Assembly: GCA_028287505.1 (NCBI GenBank)
Contig: JAQBPN010000014.1
Location: 2,648-66,647, forward strand
Reading direction: 5' to 3'
DNA from: Fibrobacterota bacterium
Lineage (GTDB): Bacteria > Fibrobacterota > Fibrobacteria > UBA11236
DNA: 64,000 bases
Below the pieces are notes generated by a model that did no database searches, was not told where the DNA came from, and saw nothing but the letters and a program-made list of their open reading frames with translations. The number at the start of each line of letters is the position of its first letter. The stretch's first letter is position 1. A program made the position numbers and the translations under genes. This document shows, piece by piece, positions 55,173 to 62,950 of the stretch.

Positions 55173-55784
55173 TTGACGCCATCGGACCAACAAGTGAATT
55201 CGGTAGAGCCTATAAACCGTTCGACAAAGCAACGCCTTCTCGAAGTCGGTTTGGGTATGTTGCTGGAGCGCGGATATAACGCCCTCGGGGTGCAGGCACT
55301 CCTAAGCGTTGCGGAGGTCCCGAAGGGATCCTTTTACCACCACTTCAAAAGTAAGGAGGATTTCGCGCTGCAGGTCATCGATCTGTACATGCTCGAAGTC
55401 CATGCCGGCCTCAACGCCTGCCTCGGCGATACCACCCGCCCGCCGCTCGCAAGGGTGCGTGGGTTTTTTGAAATGATACGGGAAAAGTACCGCGGTGATG
55501 GGTACCTGGGGTGCCTCCTCGGTGGGCTGGGACAGGAACTCTCGGGCGTGAGCGAAATTTTTCGGCGCAAAATCGATGAATGCCTTAACGTAATCGCGGA
55601 AAATCTCGCGGCTTGTCTGGAAGAGGCTCGCAGTGCCGGGAATCTTCCAGCGGGCGCAAACCCCAGGGAAATGGCGCAGCTTTTGGTGGACTGCTGGGAG
55701 GGGGCTGCGCTGCGAACGCGCCTTCGCCGAGATCCTGCACCGTTGCAAACCATGCTCGACTTCTATTTCGGGCAGATTCGCTAA
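55173..55784 (+). CDS. TetR/AcrR-family transcriptional regulator
   Basis: N-terminal HTH: TKQRLLEVGLGMLLERGYNALGVQALLSVAEVPKGSFYHHFKSKEDF. TTG start as given by the ORF track. Confidence 0.85.
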   Translation: MTPSDQQVNSVEPINRSTKQRLLEVGLGMLLERGYNALGVQALLSVAEVPKGSFYHHFKSKEDFALQVIDLYMLEVHAGLNACLGDTTRPPLARVRGFFEMIREKYRGDGYLGCLLGGLGQELSGVSEIFRRKIDECLNVIAENLAACLEEARSAGNLPAGANPREMAQLLVDCWEGAALRTRLRRDPAPLQTMLDFYFGQIR

Positions 55785-55856
55785 ATCTCACTAGACCGAC
55801 CGGTCTATTATACCTATACTCTGGCTGCAGTTCAACCTGCTAAAGGAGAAATAGCC

Positions 55857-56243
55857 ATGCGTATAGATAAAAAGGACGTGCCGGTCAGGATCGAAGCTCC
55901 GGGAGCCACTGCCCGTCTGCTTACAGGGTTCGGCGATTCGAAGGGGTATACCACCATGAGCGGAGAGTACTTTTCGCTCGCTGCGGGCACCGATATCGCA
56001 CCGCTTCTGGTAGGGCTGGAGGGCGACTCCTGCCACGCCCCGCATTGGGGGTACATGGCAGAGGGCGTGGTCATCGTCACGTACAGGGACGGTTCCACGG
56101 AGGAAGTTAAAGCCGGAGATATGTTCTACTGGCCGCCTGGGCATTCGGTGCGGGTTGAGAAGGACGCGGAGGTGATCATGTTCAGCCCACAACACGAGCA
56201 CATCCAGGTTTTGGATCACATGAAGGCAAAAATGGGCGGCTGA
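55857..56243 (+). CDS. Cupin-domain protein
   Basis: ATG is preceded by AAAGGAGAAA. The cupin-like core is HAPHWGYMAEGVVIVTYRDG...VKAGDMFYWPPGH. Confidence 0.75.
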   Translation: MRIDKKDVPVRIEAPGATARLLTGFGDSKGYTTMSGEYFSLAAGTDIAPLLVGLEGDSCHAPHWGYMAEGVVIVTYRDGSTEEVKAGDMFYWPPGHSVRVEKDAEVIMFSPQHEHIQVLDHMKAKMGG

Positions 56244-56270
56244 TAGAATCTGCCGTTTTGTTTCATACAG

Positions 56271-56315
56271 ACTCATAGCTCCGAGAGCGCATGCGCTCGG
56301 AGCTATGAGTTTTTC
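56271..56315 (+). terminator. Rho-independent terminator after the TetR-cupin unit
   Basis: ACTCATAGCTCCGAG(A)GCGC-AT-GCGCTCGGAGCTATGAGT forms an ~18-bp stem with one bulge, followed by TTTTT. Confidence 0.75.
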
Positions 56316-56354
56316 GAGCCACTTCACCCTCCGGGAACATTGCATTTTCCCCCT

Positions 56355-56846
56355 TTATCCTGATGCACATCTCGGCATCGTTTTGCCTATCTTCCAATGA
56401 CTTAGAGAGCGCGTAGGTATAGCGGAGGTTGAAGTTTGCTTGGAAATGAGTTCTTTCCATTTGAAGCCGCTCCCCCAAACCCTTGAAACTCTATCCAGCA
56501 AAATTTCCCGAGTGAAGGGTTTTCTAACATAGTCTGCACCTTCAGGGCAGAGGTTTTGGCTCGTAAGGATTTCGGCGGAATAGGCGGATATGAACAGGAC
56601 TTTGATATGATGTTTGATTGTGCAAATGCGATTGGCCAATTCCCGTCCATGCATGTATGGCATGATAATGTCTGTAATAAGTAGGTCTATATTGATGTCA
56701 GGAGTGATTACCAAGTCTACCGCTTCTCGTCCCCCAGCCGCTTGATATACCTTGTATCCTGCAGATTCAAGATACAGGCAAACCAATTCCCTGACAGAAC
56801 GCTCATCATCCACGACGAGAATAGTTGGTTTCTTATTTTCCATCAT
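56355..56846 (-). CDS. Orphan CheY-like receiver-domain protein
   Basis: ILVVDDERSVRE...DLLITDIIMPYMHG...VLFISAY...YVRKPF. No output domain recognised. AT-rich relative to the flanks. Confidence 0.8.
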   Translation of the reverse strand: MMENKKPTILVVDDERSVRELVCLYLESAGYKVYQAAGGREAVDLVITPDINIDLLITDIIMPYMHGRELANRICTIKHHIKVLFISAYSAEILTSQNLCPEGADYVRKPFTREILLDRVSRVWGSGFKWKELISKQTSTSAIPTRSLSHWKIGKTMPRCASG

Positions 56847-57099
56847 TCGAAATTCACCGGATGCCTTTCCTCATGATCAACACATGTCCAAAACTGTAAA
56901 AACGTATCTACTCTCGGATTTTTATTCCGATAGAACATTGCCAACCAATGCAAATCATCAATAAGATTTTCAGCCGGATGAGAGATCCGGACGCCTGGAT
57001 CTAACAAAGCATTTTTCGATCAATAGCGAGCCAGGATCAAGAGAGCGGGGGGAAGATTACTTTACCATTAATGGCTTTCCTTTCATGAAGGGGAAATAA

Positions 57100-57639
57100 A
57101 TTTCTCGCCGCGGAGGTGGAAAATATTTTCCCTATATTAAGAGGTATAATTATCCCGAATTTCAGCCAATTCGGCCATACGATTTCGTTGGTTTCGCTAA
57201 AGGTGACAGTACACTTATTGAGTCGACTAATGATTGGGAAAAGCCTGTAAGGGTAAGTGCAGAAACCCTACAAATCGATTATGAGGGCAATGAGGTTTTG
57301 GGTGATCGAAAATACAGGCATAAATCCATTGCCATTACCGGTATAGTTTCTTCGGTCGATCGAGGTGTTGGCGAGAATTACTTCATTTCTTTAAGGGGTG
57401 GCAAAAATATGTTTGTGAACCCACATGCTTCAATGGCTGATGGGTTTACAGACTATCTTGCGGCTCTTAAAAAGGGACAAACCACTTATTTGGTGTGCCA
57501 AGGTGACGGAATGCTTCTCGGATCGGCCATCCTCAAAGATTGCCGCAAAAATTATTCTACTCCCCACCCATTTTATTACCCTTTCAGAAGCCTCCCGGCA
57601 CGCCCCTGTCCCGTGCCGCGGTTCCAGCTCTTTCCCTGA
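57100..57639 (+). pseudogene. OB-fold tRNA_anti-like (PF12869-like) protein gene, apparently 5'-disrupted; its 3' end runs into repeat copy B
   Basis: ..TLQIDYEGNEVLGDRKYRHKSIAITGIVSSVDRG..YFISLRGG...KKGQTTYLVCQGDG..ILKDC fits the family pattern. The frame is open from 57100. The only upstream in-frame ATG (57085) is separated from it by a TAA at 57097. The ORF-track TTG at 57298 would remove conserved residues. Confidence 0.45.
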
Positions 57640-57682
57640 AGGGTGCCTAAATGCGTTCGATACGATGGTTCTCCTGGCCCAC
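57548..57682 (+). repeat. Direct repeat copy B (~135 bp): functional promoter/5' end of the FN3-repeat gene
   Basis: See copy A. It contains the conserved hairpin GGCACG-N9-CGTGCC and the ATG at 57651. Confidence 0.85.
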
Positions 57683-60404
57683 CGCCCTGCTCCTCCCATC
57701 CCTCGCCCTCGCCACTAACCCACCCACCACCATCACCCTGAAGAAACCCGCGGCCGCCGCCATCGTCCCCGTCCGCCCCGACACCTTCTCCTGGCATGAC
57801 GCCCAACCCCGTCCCACCATCCCCGGCTCCAGTCCGGCCCGACTGGCGCCTTACCAATTGCAGGTCACTAAAGACGCCACATTTCCCACCGTCACGCCCA
57901 CGGTTTTTCCGATCCCTCCCAGCTATCCCTACGCCATCAACTCCTTTGTAAACGATTCCGTCCTCGCAGCGGGTCCCATGGTTTTCGTCTTGGATCCAAA
58001 CGCCCTTTATTACTGGCGGGTTTTCATTCCCACTGACTCCGGAGGCGACGGCTCTTTTGCCCAGGGTTCTTTCACAACCGGGGACCAGCCGCCGGAGATT
58101 CCCGTTCTCGAATCGCCCTCGATCAATGCGCAGGATATTTTCCAGGGCCAGAAATTCGTGTGGCACAAATCCGATCGGGCGGTGAATTATCGCCTGCAAA
58201 TCGCGTTCGACAACGGCTTCACTGTGGGAGTGCAGGACACCTTGGTCAGCGACACCACCGGCTCGTTCCCATCCCTTGCCTACCATCAGGTTTACTATTG
58301 GCGCGTACGGGGCGAGAACACCGGCGGCCCCGGCATCTGGTCGCTAGTCCGCGGCCTGGTCACCACCATCGCTCCGCCGGCGAAACCCGTCATGATCTAC
58401 CCGGCGGACAACGCGGTCAACGCGAGCCTCCCCGGCGGATTCTCCTGGAACCAGCTTCCAGTCGACGGCTGGCACCTACAGGTGGCAACCGACACCGGCT
58501 TCACGAACCTCGTCTATGTCGATTCGACATCTTTGGTTGGGAATGCCGTCGGCGCAACGGCCACGGGCCTGGACAGCGGCTTGACCTATTACTGCCGTCT
58601 GCGCGGCAAGAACTCCGGGGGCGTGTCGCCCTGGTCCGATTGGCGGCGCTTCACGACTTACGGCCACGTGCCGCTCCGGATCGCGCCGGTGACGGGAGCC
58701 AACGATGTGCCCTTGCGTCCTACCTTCAAGTGGTCGCGGGTGCCGCAGGCCGCCAGCTACGGCCTCATCATCGCCGAGGTGCGGTTCGAAGGCTACGTAC
58801 AGTATCACGATACCGTGATCAACATCCAATCCGGGATCACGGATACCGCCTACCAATCGGACCCATTGCCTGCCGGCCACGTATTCGTGTGGTACGCGGG
58901 TGCTGCGATTTCCCAGCAGACGTCTTTTTCCGACTATGGCATTTTCACCAACGTGCCTCCGCTTCCCGGCCCGCCCATTCTGAAAACGCCGGCCCAGGAT
59001 TCGCAGAACGTCGAAGCGTCGTACGGTTATTTCCAATGGGACTCCGCGCCCATCGATCCCGCCCATGGCACGTCCGCGGGGTATCGCTTCCAATTGTCCG
59101 CCGAAAACGCCTTCGCCGCGCCGCTTCTCGATTCGATTCTGCCTTTCAGCGGATTGCTCCTGACCGGCCGGTTGTCCCCGGGAACGCGTTACTACTGGCG
59201 CGTGTTGGCCACGAATGGCAACGGTCCGGGCGATTGGTCCGTCCCATCCGGATTCACCACCACGCCGAACGCGCCCGCGGCTCCGGCGCTGGTTTCACCG
59301 GCCTCCAACTCGGACAGCGAATCCCTCACGCCTACTTTGCGGTGGCGCGCCTCCACGGGCGCGACCCAATACATAGTGGCGCTGGAGTCCTTTGTCGATA
59401 CCGACTTCGTGGAATTGCGCAAGGATACCCTCACCGATACCTCGGTGACCGTGGGGCCGCTGAACTGCGATCAATACTATAGCTGGTCCGTGGTGGCCCT
59501 CAATGCCGGCGGCAAGGGTTATTCCGTATTCAGAGGCTTCCGGACCCTTCCGGACTTGCCGGGAAAGGTCGTGCTGATGAAGCCGGCTAACGGTTCGCAG
59601 AATGTCTCCATCGCTCCCACCCTGGTCTGGGACACGGTCAGAGACGCCTACGATTTCCGCCTCGTGGCCTCCGCCTCCGCGGACTTCGGCTCCCCGGTTA
59701 TCGATACCCTGATCTCTCCCGAGGACAGCAACGTCTTCGCGATCAAGGGGTTGGCCAACGATACCAAGTATCATTGGCGCGTCCGCAGCGAGAATCTGGC
59801 CGGGCCGGGCGCCTGGTCCGATCCCTTCGAGTTCACCACCATCGTGCGCCTGCCGGATCCGGTAACTTTGGTGTTTCCGGCCCAGGGGGAAACGGTGACG
59901 GGCGACAGCACCCGCGCGCTGTGGCGCGTCGGTGTTCCCAATGCGGACCGCTATTGGGTGGCCGTGTCCAAGGATTCCGCCTTCTCCGGGCAATTCATCG
60001 ACACGGCGGTGACGGATACCGGCAAGGAGGTCCGGTACTCGGCCGCCCCCGGGACCTATTGGTGGAAGGTGAAGGCCCACAACGTCGCGGGGTGGGGGGA
60101 GTTCAGCCCCAAGCAATCCTTCATCGTCGCCGATCCGGGCATTGGCATCTTGCCCAAGGATTTCAAATCCCAGTTCGTGGAATTCACGGGTGGGTCGCAA
60201 TTGCGCTATGGCCTGCTGAAGCCCGGGCACGTGACCATCCGGATGTTCGATTTCCGGGGAAGCCTGCGCGCCGTGCCCATGGATGGCGACCAGCCTGCGG
60301 GCCAGCATGACCTGATCCTGCCTGCCCTGCCGCGGGGGGTCTACTATCTGTCCTTCCGCGCGGGAGACTTCCGCCGTCAGGCGCGGGTCCTTCTGGACCG
60401 GTAG
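57651..60404 (+). CDS. Secreted protein with eight tandem ~97-aa FN3-like repeats and T9SS-like C-terminal sorting domain
   Basis: Signal peptide MRSIRWFSWPTALLLPSLALA. Eight units each end in a [YW][YW]W[RK]V..N..G.G.WS....F.T-like motif (LYYWRV, VYYWRVRGEN, TYYCRLRGKN, RYYWRVLATN, KYHWRVRSEN, TYWWKVKAHN..). The C-terminus is ..GHVTIRMFDFRG...GVYYLSFRAG. Confidence 0.8.
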   Translation: MRSIRWFSWPTALLLPSLALATNPPTTITLKKPAAAAIVPVRPDTFSWHDAQPRPTIPGSSPARLAPYQLQVTKDATFPTVTPTVFPIPPSYPYAINSFVNDSVLAAGPMVFVLDPNALYYWRVFIPTDSGGDGSFAQGSFTTGDQPPEIPVLESPSINAQDIFQGQKFVWHKSDRAVNYRLQIAFDNGFTVGVQDTLVSDTTGSFPSLAYHQVYYWRVRGENTGGPGIWSLVRGLVTTIAPPAKPVMIYPADNAVNASLPGGFSWNQLPVDGWHLQVATDTGFTNLVYVDSTSLVGNAVGATATGLDSGLTYYCRLRGKNSGGVSPWSDWRRFTTYGHVPLRIAPVTGANDVPLRPTFKWSRVPQAASYGLIIAEVRFEGYVQYHDTVINIQSGITDTAYQSDPLPAGHVFVWYAGAAISQQTSFSDYGIFTNVPPLPGPPILKTPAQDSQNVEASYGYFQWDSAPIDPAHGTSAGYRFQLSAENAFAAPLLDSILPFSGLLLTGRLSPGTRYYWRVLATNGNGPGDWSVPSGFTTTPNAPAAPALVSPASNSDSESLTPTLRWRASTGATQYIVALESFVDTDFVELRKDTLTDTSVTVGPLNCDQYYSWSVVALNAGGKGYSVFRGFRTLPDLPGKVVLMKPANGSQNVSIAPTLVWDTVRDAYDFRLVASASADFGSPVIDTLISPEDSNVFAIKGLANDTKYHWRVRSENLAGPGAWSDPFEFTTIVRLPDPVTLVFPAQGETVTGDSTRALWRVGVPNADRYWVAVSKDSAFSGQFIDTAVTDTGKEVRYSAAPGTYWWKVKAHNVAGWGEFSPKQSFIVADPGIGILPKDFKSQFVEFTGGSQLRYGLLKPGHVTIRMFDFRGSLRAVPMDGDQPAGQHDLILPALPRGVYYLSFRAGDFRRQARVLLDR

Positions 60405-60427
60405 GGGAGACCATGCGGGAAAGCGGG

Positions 60428-61249
60428 CTATTCTTGGCCGGTTTGCCCGTAAAACCCATCCACCAGATCATCGCCTTCTTCGGAAACCACATACTGCTTC
60501 CGGTGGGCATTGAAGATGTAGTCGACGGTGGCTCCGCCCTTTCCTATGTCGAATTCGACGCCGATTTTGTTCTTCCCCGTGGAGACGTTCTCGTAAACGA
60601 TGGTCATGGCGTTTCCCGCCTGCGGCGGGAACGGGATTTCCTGGAATAGCTTATTGCTCTTTTTGTCGTAAATCCTCAATGAAGTCAGGGCCGCGCGATC
60701 GTAATGGTTCTTCGGAATATCCAGGTCATAGACCCCCACGAAGTATTTGTCCGGGGTGGAGGCCCGCATCAGGATTTCCACGGGCGCGGGGAATTTGACC
60801 GTGCTGTCCTGGTACATGCTGACGGTATCGATCATTTGGGAGACGAAGTCCAGGTGGAGCGTAAGGACTTTTTTCGTTTTCAAATCGGTCCATTGGCCGT
60901 CCGATCCGGAGCGCGAAAAGGAGAAATCGAAAGCCGCGGTGGCGGGACCCTTCCGATTGGCGGTTTCCATCGGGAAACCCATCGGGACTTCATCCAAGCG
61001 GATTTTCTTGGAGACCCGGTCGAATGAGCCCTCCAGGTACAGAGGGGTATTGACTCTGTCGTATTTGTAAGTGCCTAGTACGTTGTGGTTTTTCCTGTCG
61101 GCCTCGCCGAAAAATCCGTCGCGAACCTGGAAGGACAGGGTGATGGGATATTTATCGATGGCGCCTTTGAAGTTGTAGCACTCGTACCAACCCCCAAAGG
61201 CCTTGGAGCACAGGCCGGCTAAAAGAACGGAAAGCTGGATCCGGTTCAT
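60428..61249 (-). CDS. Hypothetical secreted protein
   Basis: Signal-peptide-like MNRIQLSVLLAGLCSKAFG. It is a long ORF convergent with the FN3 gene. No domain recognised. Confidence 0.55.
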   Translation of the reverse strand: MNRIQLSVLLAGLCSKAFGGWYECYNFKGAIDKYPITLSFQVRDGFFGEADRKNHNVLGTYKYDRVNTPLYLEGSFDRVSKKIRLDEVPMGFPMETANRKGPATAAFDFSFSRSGSDGQWTDLKTKKVLTLHLDFVSQMIDTVSMYQDSTVKFPAPVEILMRASTPDKYFVGVYDLDIPKNHYDRAALTSLRIYDKKSNKLFQEIPFPPQAGNAMTIVYENVSTGKNKIGVEFDIGKGGATVDYIFNAHRKQYVVSEEGDDLVDGFYGQTGQE

Positions 61250-61746
61250 GTATTTGACGTCCTAGGGATTAATGTCCGCATGGGAGAGGCCTCTGGAGTT
61301 TTAGCGCCTCTTAATTCTAATTATTGATCCCGCAGGGCTGCCAGGATTAACCAAAAGCCGCAGGAGGTACCATTTTCCGTGGTGCCGAAATGATTCCCAA
61401 AATCACAAGTTCCAAGTATATCGTTCCTTTCGCCAAATTGCCGTCCTTAAGCGGATGACAAATGGAACGGTGATGCTTACCTATTATTGCACCCAAATGA
61501 AAATCGAATCCGGTCTGATTCTTGCCCTCGTTGTTTCTTTTACCAGGATACGACCGAGATCAAAATAAAGACGTGCAATTACATGAATGTTTTGAGGATT
61601 GTCGGATCGTGCATACCGATTGAAAAGGATCCGGTCCTGTCAGCCAGATTCGGCGGGATGGATTCGATTTGGGCGAATCAAATCGACTTCTGGTTTTCAA
61701 AACAGCCGAATTGATTCTTCCGGTTGCTTCCGGGGGGTGAAACAAG

Positions 61747-62751
61747 TTATCGGAGTTCGAGCGTGTGATGCTCGCTCCATTGGGAGAGCAAGGCCCGCAA
61801 AACGCCCGCATGTTCTCCGGCTTCCTCGGCCTTTCGCACGTATTCGGCTTGGATAGTGGGCGCTTTCCGGGCGGTTTCGGCATCGGCCAAGGTGCGGTAC
61901 AATTGCCGCTTGTCCTCCAGGGTGCGCATGGCGAACCAGAGCGCCCGTTCCACATCGCGTCCTTGCAGGTTTTCCAATTCCTCCGCGGCGAAGGCGTGCC
62001 CGACATGGCACCGGAACCGATCCACCTCCGTTTCCCGCATGTTCCAAAGGGCCCCGCCGCATTCCGGGCATATCAAGGAAGAGGGGTCGCCCAATAGCTG
62101 CATCTCATCCGCGGTAATCACCTTGCCCGCCGCGATCTCCGCCTCCAGGCGTATGGTGGAGGACGGAACGGGACCCTCCATCACCTGCTCGCCCGCCAAT
62201 TCCGCAACCAGCGAGGCCAGTTCCGCCGCGGGCCGGCTATGGGAGATATCCAGCTGCCTTATGGCATTCAGCGGGAGTTCCGGATGCATCGCATCCAAAG
62301 GTTCCTGGACCAGGAGGATGCCTCCGGCCTTGGCAATCGCCTCCATTCCGGCCACCCCGTCATAATGGGTTCCGGACAGCAGCACCCCGATCACGCGGGG
62401 CCCGAAGGCGACGGCCGCGGATCGGAACAGCGCATCTATCGAGGGTATCTGGCGATTTTCCCTGGGGCCGTAAACCAGGGCCATCTCATGTTCGGCCAAC
62501 AGGAGATGGTACCCGGGAGGGGCCACGTAGATCCTGCCGGGCTCGATGCTCCCGCCATTGGAGGCCGCCGAACAGGGGAGGGTTCTTTCCGCGGCCAGGA
62601 TTTTTTCAAGGTTGCTCTGGCTATCGGAGGGAAAATGGTTGACCACGAAGATGGAGGCGGGAAGGGACGCGGGGAGGTTGCGGACAAACACCTTGAGGGC
62701 TTCGACACCCCCGGCGGAGGAACCTACCACGACGATGTTGCGTGTTTTCAT
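61747..62751 (-). CDS. Stand-alone CheB-type methylesterase-domain protein (no receiver) with C-terminal Zn-ribbon-like extension
   Basis: IVVVGSSAGGVEALKVF...IFVVNHFP... is a CheB catalytic-domain pattern. The C-terminal extension is CPECGGALW...FRCHVGHAF. Confidence 0.8.
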   Translation of the reverse strand: MKTRNIVVVGSSAGGVEALKVFVRNLPASLPASIFVVNHFPSDSQSNLEKILAAERTLPCSAASNGGSIEPGRIYVAPPGYHLLLAEHEMALVYGPRENRQIPSIDALFRSAAVAFGPRVIGVLLSGTHYDGVAGMEAIAKAGGILLVQEPLDAMHPELPLNAIRQLDISHSRPAAELASLVAELAGEQVMEGPVPSSTIRLEAEIAAGKVITADEMQLLGDPSSLICPECGGALWNMRETEVDRFRCHVGHAFAAEELENLQGRDVERALWFAMRTLEDKRQLYRTLADAETARKAPTIQAEYVRKAEEAGEHAGVLRALLSQWSEHHTLELR

Positions 62752-62950
62752 TTCTGGAAACTAAAGATTTCGCAAATCGGGCACAATTCGTATCCAATCT
62801 TTTCTTTTCGAAGAAATCCGAATGCCGTCGCGAAACTTGCAAATCGGAAGTTTTTGACGATAAAGCCGAAATAATGATTCGCTGCGCGATGCCCGAAAAA
62901 ATCGTTATGGGCGGGGTGACGCCCCCACCCATTTTCGGATTACGTACGGG

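Larger units (their letters stand above)
45488..57650. other. Compositionally mosaic accessory (horizontally acquired) island between the ECF sigma gene and the FN3-repeat gene; no integrase or transposase seen
   Basis: Base composition drops abruptly right after the sigma stop. Sub-blocks have visibly different G+C. Content is defence-type, with decayed ORFs and ~135-bp direct repeats. Confidence 0.6.

Noticed and set aside
55791-56345. 184-aa minus-strand ORF, and 55302-55753 minus-strand ORFs
   Set aside because: They are antisense to the cupin and TetR genes, which have clear motifs and an RBS.
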